From the NCBI GenBank assembly GCA_001821765.1, contig MHOA01000001.1, positions 174,078 to 238,077 on the forward strand: a DNA stretch of 64,000 nt. Direction: 5' to 3'. Below are positions 35,738-46,695 of this stretch, in pieces. The translations under genes were made by a program, and so were the position numbers. The DNA comes from Candidatus Ryanbacteria bacterium RIFCSPLOWO2_12_FULL_44_26. GTDB lineage: Bacteria > Patescibacteriota > Minisyncoccia > Ryanbacterales > HO2-45-13. Numbering within the stretch: position 1 is the stretch's first letter; the number at the start of each line of letters is the position of its first letter. Below the pieces are notes generated by a model that worked only from the letters and a program-made list of their open reading frames with translations, had not been told where the DNA came from and did not search any database.

Positions 35738-35775
35738 GCCAACAGTGACCATTCCAACCGAGCTACACCCCCGGC
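35738..35775 (-). other. tRNA-like 5' fragment (GCCGGGGGTGTAGCTCGGTTGGAATGGTCAC...) abutting tRNA-Ile
   Basis: It resembles an acceptor 5' strand plus D-arm but lacks a foldable D stem and any 3' half. Confidence 0.2.
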
Positions 35776-36030
35776 ATCATATAATTTAGCATAGAAATCG
35801 AGACGAGTAAATAAAAAACAACGAGAGAAAAGTTCAACCAAACGTAAAGGTAAAAGCGCGCAGTCCCGGTTTTTCAATAAGAATTTCCAGAATAAATATT
35901 GATTCTACTGGCTGTTTAAAATACCTGGAGATTTTTAAAGCTGAAGATACTGAATAGCGAATGTCTGATAATATGTAAAGTATACTTTATATTACGTTAT
36001 GGATTTCGTCGGTTAAGGATTTGTTTAAAA

Positions 36031-36064
36031 CCATAAAAGCCCCTTTAGGGGCTTTTATGGTTGA
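36031..36064 (-). terminator. rho-independent terminator hairpin (aaccataaaagcccc-ttta-ggggcttttatggtt)
   Basis: Perfect 15-bp stem with a GC core and T-rich tail on the minus strand, immediately 3' of the small zinc-ribbon gene. Confidence 0.5.
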
Positions 36065-36075
36065 AATGTGATTAC

Positions 36076-36231
36076 TTATGCTTTGCCTAAAATCTTAAAC
36101 ATCTTCGTTCCGCATACACTGCACGTTCCTTTTACAGCTTTCATCCCGTTTTTCATAACCGTTTCCTGCGCATCTTTCATTTCCCGCTGCTCCTTGCATT
36201 TCATGCAACGTCCCTTCACTGGTTGATCCAT
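36076..36231 (-). CDS. small zinc-ribbon protein (51 aa; two CxxC pairs)
   Basis: Not in the track (<60 aa). The ORF ATG..TAA reads 'MDQPVKGRCMKCKEQREMKDAQETVMKNGMKAVKGTCSVCGTKMFKILGKA' and is followed by a terminator hairpin. Confidence 0.5.
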   Translation of the reverse strand: MDQPVKGRCMKCKEQREMKDAQETVMKNGMKAVKGTCSVCGTKMFKILGKA

Positions 36232-36548
36232 ATTATTTAAAAGATAAGAAGTAATACGACCTTATAAGAGTGTTTTTAGCAGTGTGGTAACCGCTATCGC
36301 TGTTATAAGCATTACGCCAATAATAAAACACCTTTTTCTCTATTCTATACCTTATATAGGAAAAGAAAGATTGCAAGCTCATTTGAACGTTATTAAGAAT
36401 CCGCCGAATAGGCCGCCATTTAAAGGTTGAACGGCCAACACCTTTAAACCATTTTGTAGTTTGTAATGTATAGTCCAAAGTCAGACTAAGGACTATCAAC
36501 TATAAACTGGGTTAATCGACCTGGTAAGAATATAAATCCTTACTAGGA

Positions 36549-38770
<2,222 letters not shown>

Positions 38771-39266
38771 AAAGTCTGTATTGCTTCGCACTTCAACCAA
38801 CTTCGCAAAAGCGTCAGCTGGCGAAGAACGAAATCCTGCCTGCCCCGTATAAATCGCGAAGCGATTTTGTTCGGGGAGACAGGATCAAACTCTTAAGTTA
38901 TTCGACGGATTCTTAATAACATAATGCGTCAGCGTTTTGCAGTTTTGGGCTTGACGATAGTCAAGCATATCATCCAAAACTTATATCTTAAACGCATCAA
39001 CATTTTATGGTACTTAATTGTCAACGTGCTTTCAAAATACAACCGCGACTATCTCACATTCTCAGAAACAGTCGCGGGTGTACTTGGATTTTCAATGTAT
39101 TTAGATTTGCTAATTTCCTTCATCCATACATCTCCCTAGTTCTATACGTTTATTATATGGCAGCAGAAGTAGTTGTCAAGCCCTCTTTTTTAAAGTGTGG
39201 AAAAGCGTTAGACCTAAAAAGAATGCGTGATAAGCATAAAACATACTTCAGAAAACCGACACCGAA

Positions 39267-40529
39267 TTATCCTCGCGCTTCAATGATTTTTTTATACACC
39301 CTTGCGCTTGGACGTATATTCCTCTTTAAAGTTTTATAATCAATACCGACAAGTCCAAAACGGGGCCAAAACCCTTTATCCCATTCAAAATTATCAAGCA
39401 GCGACCAGTAAAAATAACCTCTCACATCAACACTTTCTTTCATGGCCTTTTGGATTTGTAAGATATTGTCTTTTATGAATTGCTCGCGGGAATAATCACG
39501 CGCGTCTGCGATACCGTTTTCAGTAATGAAGAGTGGTTTTTTATAAGCCCGCAAGGATTTGAGGATATAGTAAAGCCCTTCGGGATAAATCTCCCACCCC
39601 ATGTCGGAAGTCTTTTTATTTTCATTCTGACTGAAACTCCACCGAACTCTACTATGAAAATAATAATTTACTCCTATAAAATCCTGTTTTTTTTGAATTG
39701 AGTTGAGAAACTGAAAGTTCCAAAAGTAATTTGCAAAAAGGGCCAGAAGATAATTCCATGGATTTCTTCCATGCGGTTCAAAGTAAACTACGTTTTTTAC
39801 AATCCCAACCTGCGCCTTGGGTAACTTCTTATGAATAATATCATATGCTTTTTCATGCGTTCGCCGAAGATTTCGAAGCACTACAATATACCGTAGTAGT
39901 GACTTGCTTTGTGGAGGCCAGATACCTTTCAAAAAACTATTACTTGCATACACCATCGGTTCATTTATGGTTATCCAAAAAGTAACATCGGGATAGAAAT
40001 CAACAATTTTTTCCACAAACCGTTCAAAATATTTTGGCGCGTCGTTATGCAACCATGCGCCAGACTGTTCAAACCATACCGGAATCGTCCAGTGATATAG
40101 CGTAACAAACGGCTCAATTGCTCTTTCTTTTAATGCATCAATAACTTCGCGATAATGTTGCACCTCTCTTTTATTAAATTTTCCCTCTTCCGGTTCAATG
40201 CGCGACCATTCAATAGAAAAACGGTGGGCATTATGACTAAGGCGGCGCGCTAGATCAAAATCCTCCTTAAAGCGGTGATAATGGTCAACCGCCTTGCCTG
40301 AAATATAATTTTCTTCATGTAAAGGACTTGGATATGCTTTTAAGATATGCTCAGGCCACTCTTTTTTTATTGCCGCTAAGCGTTTGTTATTTGCTGTTTT
40401 TTCTTCCCATATAGACCAGTTATTGAGATTGTTCCCTTCAACCTGATGGGCGGAGGTAGCGCTTCCCCAGAGAAAACCCTTGGGGAAGATTTGTTGTTTA
40501 TAGTTTGTAGTACGTAATTTATTGTTCAC
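39267..40529 (-). CDS. glycoside hydrolase family 1 beta-glucosidase
   Basis: 420 aa. 'FLWGSATSAHQVEGN', acid/base 'TINEPMV', and nucleophile 'FITENG'. Confidence 0.88.
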   Translation of the reverse strand: MNNKLRTTNYKQQIFPKGFLWGSATSAHQVEGNNLNNWSIWEEKTANNKRLAAIKKEWPEHILKAYPSPLHEENYISGKAVDHYHRFKEDFDLARRLSHNAHRFSIEWSRIEPEEGKFNKREVQHYREVIDALKERAIEPFVTLYHWTIPVWFEQSGAWLHNDAPKYFERFVEKIVDFYPDVTFWITINEPMVYASNSFLKGIWPPQSKSLLRYIVVLRNLRRTHEKAYDIIHKKLPKAQVGIVKNVVYFEPHGRNPWNYLLALFANYFWNFQFLNSIQKKQDFIGVNYYFHSRVRWSFSQNENKKTSDMGWEIYPEGLYYILKSLRAYKKPLFITENGIADARDYSREQFIKDNILQIQKAMKESVDVRGYFYWSLLDNFEWDKGFWPRFGLVGIDYKTLKRNIRPSARVYKKIIEARG

Positions 40530-40539
40530 TACTTATGCA

Positions 40540-40821
40540 TTAAAACTGAATTATATAAAAACCTTTTTTCTCAATTTCTTTTTTTTGGTGAAAGTCATTG
40601 AGATGAAATATAAAAACAGCATTCACTTTTTTTCTTAACTCTCTTCCCATATATGCCTTTGTTTTAGGGTTCCATTCTTTAAGAATAATAGTATCACCAC
40701 TTTTAACTTTAAAATCGGCCAACCTCATTTCAAATTTCTTTTTATCTTCCTTTACGGCACGAAAGTATTTTGGCCAGATTTTCTTTTCTATTGTTGCCAT
40801 ACCTCTAATTAGAGATTCCAC
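40540..40821 (-). CDS. DUF3850 (ASCH/PUA-like) domain protein
   Basis: 'KIWPKYFRAVKEDKKKFEMRLADFKVKSGDTIILKEW' matches the DUF3850 N-terminal pattern (K.WPEYF..V..G.KTFE.R.ND....GD.L.L.E). The start may be the Met at 40800. Confidence 0.55.
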   Translation of the reverse strand: MESLIRGMATIEKKIWPKYFRAVKEDKKKFEMRLADFKVKSGDTIILKEWNPKTKAYMGRELRKKVNAVFIFHLNDFHQKKEIEKKGFYIIQF

Positions 40822-40847
40822 AATTTTCGAGAATTGTGGAATATTTA

Positions 40848-42623
40848 TTATGCCACCTCGACACTATAACATTGTTCGCAATACACCGTCTCTAATCTTT
40901 CAAGTGCGTACGAAGTCTCAAATTCATTCGGACAGCGACCAGGTTTATGGAAATGTTCGGCTGTATTTTGGTATATACCATTATCGGATTTCGTGCCGCT
41001 ACACGTACATTTCCGGTGCCAGAGTTTTAAAGGGTTGCGCTGTTTAATTCTCTGGTAGTGCCTGCAGTTAGGACAAAGTCTTGGAAAGGAAAGGTTTTGC
41101 TTTCTATAAAACTCCAGTTCTTGTGGAATTATTCTAAAGGCTACTGAGCAGTTTTCATTGCATTTTCCCTTGTGCTCGCAACCGATGATTTGGTTTAAAA
41201 TATCATCGGTGATATCTTTAATGTGGTTAGGAAGATTTTGTGGCTGGATAGTAACATTGTGTTCTTTGGCTTCTGGATTTTTCCATGAATAACCCCATTC
41301 TAAAATCTCTTCCTTTGTAAATGGGAGATATTCTTGGGCCATTGTTTCATTATATGCAAAGGGAGAAAATTCTGTGGGAAAGAATTCTCCATATTTATAT
41401 ATCCTTTTTTTCTTGTCCACATATGGCATTTCATTCATATGTTCTATTATTTTTGGTATCAGTTTCTCGTATTCTTCTTTAGTATATTGCTTATTTAAAA
41501 CACAGTATTGTTTATTCCGAAGTCCATTACAACCAAAAATATCAGAACAGTCCCTACAATTATATGAGTATTGGACGTTGTGGCCCTGAATAATATTTTG
41601 AGAGAAAAGAACCCGATATCCCCATGCTGTATCAACCTCATAACAGAGTTGCGATTCTTCTCCAGTCTCAACAAGGTCATAACTATCTTTTACAGCTGTG
41701 GCAATTAGGACATTTTTACAATTCTCAGTAGAAGATGTTAAAGGATCAATATCAAAACAAAACGTACAATTCTTTGCGTTCGTAACGTTGTTTCCAGTCG
41801 TATTTACTGAATTGAATAAATGTGCGTAGCGACGGGGAAATGTTTTCTTTAGCTCTTCAAATTCTTTTCTCAACTTCTTTACAGTTTCTTGATTTCCTAA
41901 ATTATATTGAGAGATTTTTTTCTTATATTCTTCTTCTTGGTAGGGCTTATTGAAAATATGATACGATTTGTTGCGAAGACCTATGCAGCCAAAGCAGTGA
42001 TGACAATTGACACAATCATAGAGAAATGAAGAATTATAGCATTCAGCCGCATATTGCGAATGAGTAACATTGTAACAATGTGCGCAGTCAATTGTTTCAT
42101 AACAATTCTCTGAATCTATAAGATAAAAATAATCAGCACTATTTTTCACATTTCTCGTATAATGCCCATAGAGACAATCCTCTGCCATAAAGCCGACTGT
42201 ACGGTAGCAGTTTTTAGAAGAGTTTATTAGAGAACAATAATGACAATTGATAGAATTCAGTGTATTAAGGTTTTGTCGAGGAACAACATCAAAGAGTTCC
42301 TTTAACTGCTTAAAAAATGGGGTGGAGAAATTATACGTTCTTTCATATTCTTGAGGATCCCATTTCTCTGACCTCCAGATTTCTTCTCTAAATACAGGAA
42401 ACGGAACGTCAGGAGAAAAAATAGAGACGATTTCTTTCCCATCAAAACTATCTTTACGCTTAAAAAGAGTACGTTCGTTTATAGTTGCCAGTCTTCGATG
42501 GAACCGACACTCCGGGCACCATGTGGGCGGCGGCACTTTTATTTTCTCGTAAAACACAAGGTCTTCCGACTCAATAGTAAATTCTTTCTTACAATTCTGA
42601 CAATTTTTTATTTCACTAATCAT
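40848..42623 (-). CDS. cysteine-rich protein with terminal zinc ribbons and internal Cys-rich repeats (uncharacterised)
   Basis: 591 aa with about 60 Cys. The N-terminal 'CQNCKKEFTIESEDLVFYEKIKVPPPTWCPECRFHRR' parallels the C-terminal 'CSVAFRIIPQELEFYRKQNLSFPRLCPNCRHYQR'. Internal repeats 'YDCVNCHHCFGCIGLRNKSYHIFNKPYQEEEYKK' and 'YNCRDCSDIFGCNGLRNKQYCVLNKQYTKEEYEK'. Confidence 0.5.
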   Translation of the reverse strand: MISEIKNCQNCKKEFTIESEDLVFYEKIKVPPPTWCPECRFHRRLATINERTLFKRKDSFDGKEIVSIFSPDVPFPVFREEIWRSEKWDPQEYERTYNFSTPFFKQLKELFDVVPRQNLNTLNSINCHYCSLINSSKNCYRTVGFMAEDCLYGHYTRNVKNSADYFYLIDSENCYETIDCAHCYNVTHSQYAAECYNSSFLYDCVNCHHCFGCIGLRNKSYHIFNKPYQEEEYKKKISQYNLGNQETVKKLRKEFEELKKTFPRRYAHLFNSVNTTGNNVTNAKNCTFCFDIDPLTSSTENCKNVLIATAVKDSYDLVETGEESQLCYEVDTAWGYRVLFSQNIIQGHNVQYSYNCRDCSDIFGCNGLRNKQYCVLNKQYTKEEYEKLIPKIIEHMNEMPYVDKKKRIYKYGEFFPTEFSPFAYNETMAQEYLPFTKEEILEWGYSWKNPEAKEHNVTIQPQNLPNHIKDITDDILNQIIGCEHKGKCNENCSVAFRIIPQELEFYRKQNLSFPRLCPNCRHYQRIKQRNPLKLWHRKCTCSGTKSDNGIYQNTAEHFHKPGRCPNEFETSYALERLETVYCEQCYSVEVA

Positions 42624-42730
42624 ATTTCAGTTTTACTTACCCGTCTCCGAAGCCTCTTGACCTTCCGAGATTTTAACGAAGGAGACTGACAAAGGCAGGA
42701 TATATTTTAGTTTTAGATCCATAATCTTCC

Positions 42731-43735
42731 TTATTTGTTTAATTCAGCAGAAGCTGTATGAATTTCTTCTTTGGCTATTTCCCACATCTCTGGGTGACCA
42801 TTTTCTTTAAGCCAATACCACCACTCTACTCCCCATAAGTAGAATGTGTCAAAACCAGATTTTTTTGCATATGCAATTGTATCCCGAAACTTCTCTGGGT
42901 TCATAGATTTATATTGCTCTTCAACAGAAACCTCATAGGTCATTTCTTTCTGCCATGATTCTCCCTGCAACTCAATCACCACCATCGGTTTATCCCCCGC
43001 AATCAGCCGCGTCAGTGTGCGCTTTGCCCGAAAAAAACTCGGAGGCAGCGGATATGTAAAATGTCCAATATGGTCATTATAAATGGTGCGATACATTGTC
43101 GTGCCAAATACGTCCCCGCGCCTTGCGGCCGGGATCCAAATAGAAAGTTCTCCTGAATCTGTTATGATGATCGGTTTTTTGGTGAGCGACCGAACGAGCG
43201 CAATTTCGCCGTCAAGATAAAAACGCGCTTCCTTTGGACATTCTCCAAACGACAAAAACGGCTCGTTTTCAACCTGCCACATAGAAACGGCGGGATGACC
43301 GTCGTAGCGCCTTAAAACCGCCTTAATATATGCAAACAACCGTTCCTGCTTGTCTTTACCGTCCAGAAGAGTCGCCCATTTTGGAATATGACACTCCGGC
43401 CACCTTGGGAGTTTCATTCCGACAGCCACTATCACTTTTCCGCCGCGCTTGTTGGCTTCTTCAAGCTGCCAGTCAAGCTCAGAAAAATCAAATGAATCTT
43501 TTTTTGGTTCAATTTCATTCCAATAAGCTGGCAGACGCACATGTTTTATTCCAAGATCATCAAAAAGCGCCGTATACACTTCGCGCGAATCAAGACCAAA
43601 ACGTTCTGCATAAAAACCTACATAGGTCACTCCAAACTGTTTTACATCAAGCCTTGGGCTTTCCAGAACAAGTAAAGAAGCAAGCGCGACCAATAGTGCC
43701 ACAATTCCTAATGCATGTTTTAATCGTCTGTTCAT
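42731..43735 (-). CDS. secreted glycoside hydrolase, clan GH-A (GH5/GH113-like TIM barrel)
   Basis: 334 aa with a signal peptide. 'WQVENEP' is a catalytic acid/base NEP motif; Trp-rich barrel strands. Confidence 0.6.
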   Translation of the reverse strand: MNRRLKHALGIVALLVALASLLVLESPRLDVKQFGVTYVGFYAERFGLDSREVYTALFDDLGIKHVRLPAYWNEIEPKKDSFDFSELDWQLEEANKRGGKVIVAVGMKLPRWPECHIPKWATLLDGKDKQERLFAYIKAVLRRYDGHPAVSMWQVENEPFLSFGECPKEARFYLDGEIALVRSLTKKPIIITDSGELSIWIPAARRGDVFGTTMYRTIYNDHIGHFTYPLPPSFFRAKRTLTRLIAGDKPMVVIELQGESWQKEMTYEVSVEEQYKSMNPEKFRDTIAYAKKSGFDTFYLWGVEWWYWLKENGHPEMWEIAKEEIHTASAELNK

Positions 43736-44667
43736 GAAAACGGAAATGTATACAAAAAAAGACCCGCGCCGATAATAACAACTCCAAGAAATTTCTGCAC
43801 AATGACGCCCTTGCGGAGGGATTCTCTTATAACTACCGGTACAAAAATGCTAAAAAGCAGTGTCATAAAGAATACAAATAAATACTCAATTCCCTTAAGA
43901 GCAACAACGAGTTTTTCTGATCCCAAAAAAATTGCATAGTTGAGCAGTAAAAATCCAAAAGCCCCTATTATTTTATTTGCAAGAAAAATGCCCAAAGAAG
44001 ATCGTTTTATGGAAACATGAGAGGTAAAAACAATTTTTCTTAAGACCGGTATCAACAGAATGAAAACTGCCACAAGAAAACTGCCAAAGCGCATCCAAAC
44101 GAATCCAGACACAAATGACTTTACACTGCCTTCTATAAAAACCGCAGAAAACTCAAAAACCTCTTTTGTTACGCTAAATGAAATGGCAAAGAAAAGCCCG
44201 GAAATAAATGTTGGGGCAACTAACAAGTAATTGAATGAGAGCGTTTGCTTTCCTGTATGAATCATGAAAAAGAGCCCTCCCACAACAAACAAGATAAACG
44301 CCAATAATTCTTTTGTTTCTAAAGATGAGCTGAATATGCTGAAAGAGATAATGAGCGTAAAAATCGGCGTAAAAACTCCTGCAGTAAGCGGCACAACACG
44401 GGAAGCTTCAAATGAACGCATCGCCCGATAAAAAAAATAATACCCTACCATAAGAGTTGCACCAGCAGACAACGCCAATAATATTATATGGAGAGGGAAC
44501 ACTGAAAACCCGAACGGAACAAGTACAACAACACCAACACTTAATATGCTGGTATAAAAAGCATACGTGAGGGGCTCTGGAATACGGGATGTAAGGAGTA
44601 CCTTATCTATGACGGCGGCGAGTCCGCTTAAAAAATATGAGCTAATGGCGATCGGTAACCACAACAT
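43732..44667 (-). CDS. DMT-superfamily (EamA-like) 10-TM transporter
   Basis: 311 aa, two 5-TM halves. Confidence 0.5.
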   Translation of the reverse strand: MLWLPIAISSYFLSGLAAVIDKVLLTSRIPEPLTYAFYTSILSVGVVVLVPFGFSVFPLHIILLALSAGATLMVGYYFFYRAMRSFEASRVVPLTAGVFTPIFTLIISFSIFSSSLETKELLAFILFVVGGLFFMIHTGKQTLSFNYLLVAPTFISGLFFAISFSVTKEVFEFSAVFIEGSVKSFVSGFVWMRFGSFLVAVFILLIPVLRKIVFTSHVSIKRSSLGIFLANKIIGAFGFLLLNYAIFLGSEKLVVALKGIEYLFVFFMTLLFSIFVPVVIRESLRKGVIVQKFLGVVIIGAGLFLYTFPFS

Positions 44668-44684
44668 ATATAAAAATCATTAGC

Positions 44685-45377
44685 TTATGGGGATGTTATA
44701 TGCTTTTTTCGCCATTCAGCTATACGGGCATGATCACCTGAAAGTAATATTTTAGGCACACGATATGTTTTGCCCTTATATACATAAATTTCCGGGCGTG
44801 TGTAGTGAGGGTATTCAAGTATTTTTTTGGTGTTTGCTTGAGATTTCATTAAGCCCTCCCAATGTGACTCTTCCGTTAATGACTCCAAACGAATGACGCC
44901 GGGTATGAGCCGTCCGACCGCTGATATGATAGCCATGACCCCAACATCTCCATCGGTCATGACATAAGGCCCGATTGATACTTCATCCGCCTTTAATATT
45001 TTTTTCACTCGCTCATCTATGCCTTCGTATCTGCCGCTAATCAGGATTAAGTGGTCATGCTGTTTTACAAACCGAACAGCCATTTTTTGATCAAATTGAC
45101 GTCCTTTTGCTGAGAGAATGATGACTTTAGATTTTTTCCCCTTCTTTTTTCTCAACGCACTCTCGACCGCACGAACTATTGGATCTATCTTAAATACCAT
45201 GCCCGCTCCCCCGCCATATGGAGCATCATCTACCGTTTTATGCCTGTCTCGCGTAAAATCACGAATGTTGAAAACCCTGAAACGTATAAGCTGTTTCTTT
45301 CTGGCTCTCTTGAGCACTGAAATACTAAGATAACTTTCAATAATTTCCGGAAAAAGCGTAATAACGGTAAATTGCAT
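44685..45377 (-). CDS. trmD: tRNA (guanine37-N1)-methyltransferase
   Basis: Track ORF 44685..45395; the start is at 'MQFTVITLFPE'. The SPOUT knot motifs 'YGGGAGMV' and 'ILISGRYEGIDER' are present. Confidence 0.9.
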   Translation of the reverse strand: MQFTVITLFPEIIESYLSISVLKRARKKQLIRFRVFNIRDFTRDRHKTVDDAPYGGGAGMVFKIDPIVRAVESALRKKKGKKSKVIILSAKGRQFDQKMAVRFVKQHDHLILISGRYEGIDERVKKILKADEVSIGPYVMTDGDVGVMAIISAVGRLIPGVIRLESLTEESHWEGLMKSQANTKKILEYPHYTRPEIYVYKGKTYRVPKILLSGDHARIAEWRKKHITSP

Positions 45378-45436
45378 AAATACATTGTAACACAAAACAT
45401 CCCGGCTTACCGGGATGTTTTGCAGACCAAGAATGA

Positions 45437-45748
45437 TTAGAGTTTCAAATCACCTAAATCATCAACGTCTTTCTTTTCTTGAGTTTCTCTCGTGCTTCCT
45501 TCTGGCTCCTCAATTTTGAGGTTGACTCGCGCATTATGCTTCATACCAACAACACGCAGAAGGGTTCTTATTGCTTTGGCAGTATTTCCGTTCCGTCCGA
45601 TGATCTGACCCATGTTGGATGGGTCTACTTTGAGAGTAAGCAGTACTCCCATCTCATCTACCTTGCGGTCAATCTTGACGGCGTCCGGATTGTCAACCAA
45701 AGATTTCACAACAAACTCCAGAAAATCCTTATCAGCTGTATCAACCAT
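45437..45748 (-). CDS. KH-domain RNA-binding protein (YlqC/UPF0109-like)
   Basis: 'IGRNGNTAKAIRTLL' GxxG KH loop. Located between rpsP and trmD, as in rpsP-ylqC-rimM-trmD operons. Confidence 0.7.
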   Translation of the reverse strand: MVDTADKDFLEFVVKSLVDNPDAVKIDRKVDEMGVLLTLKVDPSNMGQIIGRNGNTAKAIRTLLRVVGMKHNARVNLKIEEPEGSTRETQEKKDVDDLGDLKL

Positions 45749-45883
45749 AAATCTTGCTATGTTGACAGATAATCAAATGGAATCGACCTTTTCGGTATAA
45801 TTGATCACATTGTAACATATACGGTTATAAAAAGCAACCCCCATAAAGTATTTTGCTATTGATGTTCTTTCTTATACTGCTGT

Positions 45884-46435
45884 TTACACTTCTTCTTTTT
45901 TGTTCCTTTCCGCGGCTCCGAGCGGCTTTTCGCTTTTTATTTCTCCTGTCTTTTCTTCTTGAATAGCTGCCGATGTTTCTGTTTTTGATTTTTCTAACAT
46001 TTCCTCCTGCTCTTTTTCCCCTGCAGCAGTTTTTTGCTGAGCCTCGGCCGCAGGCGTTAGAATGTCTATTGGAGCAACTTTTTCTTCAACTGCTTGCGTT
46101 TTATTCTTTTCCGTTGCCTTTTCTGCTTCGCCGAACACAGATGCTTTAGCTGCTTTCTTTTTTGATGGTTTTCGCGAATGAACCTGTTTTTTCGATCCAA
46201 CAACGATGCCAGCGGTAACTAACATATTATATACAGTGTCGGATGTTTGAACGCCTTTGGATAACCAATGCTTGATCCTGTCCGCTTTGAGCTGTGTTTC
46301 CTTTCTTATGGGATCTCGCCAACCGAGAGCTTCCAAAAACGCTCCGGACTTCGAGGCTCTTTTTGAATCAATAAGCACCACCCGGAAATGCGGGCGATTC
46401 TTTTTTCCTGAACGCTGCAACCGTATAGTAAGCAT
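45884..46435 (-). CDS. rpsP: 30S ribosomal protein S16 with long Lys/Glu-rich C-terminal extension
   Basis: 'MLTIRLQRSGKKNRPHFRVVLIDSKRASKSGAFLEALGWRDP'. Confidence 0.9.
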   Translation of the reverse strand: MLTIRLQRSGKKNRPHFRVVLIDSKRASKSGAFLEALGWRDPIRKETQLKADRIKHWLSKGVQTSDTVYNMLVTAGIVVGSKKQVHSRKPSKKKAAKASVFGEAEKATEKNKTQAVEEKVAPIDILTPAAEAQQKTAAGEKEQEEMLEKSKTETSAAIQEEKTGEIKSEKPLGAAERNKKEEV

Positions 46436-46450
46436 GGTTAATTCAATATA

Positions 46451-46479
46451 ATATAGCCCTCGTCGGAAAAAATGTCAAA
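46451..46479 (-). promoter_or_regulatory. sigma70-like promoter for rpsP (TTGACA-N17-TATATT), near-leaderless
   Basis: Minus strand TTGACAttttttccgacgagggcTATATT, ending ~14 nt before the rpsP ATG. No SD. Confidence 0.45.
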
Positions 46480-46695
46480 CTGTGCCGCTCTTACGCAAGA
46501 GCCGTTATAAACTTTAGCCTCTAAAACTCGAGATCCGAATATCATCCATCGACTTTGGCTCAAAACGACCATGAGCAAGGTTGAATGAGTCGAAACTCGA
46601 AACAAATTCTAAATTCGAATGCCCTAAACACTTTTATTTTTTGGTTATGAGGCATTGTCTCGGGTTTCAGATTCCGTGCCAGGGATGTTAGCCGT

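Noticed and set aside
46436-46695. Possible SRP/4.5S or other ncRNA between smc and rpsP
   Set aside because: There is no conserved SRP domain IV motif. The region is better explained as the rpsP promoter and leader (TTGACA-N17-TATATT).
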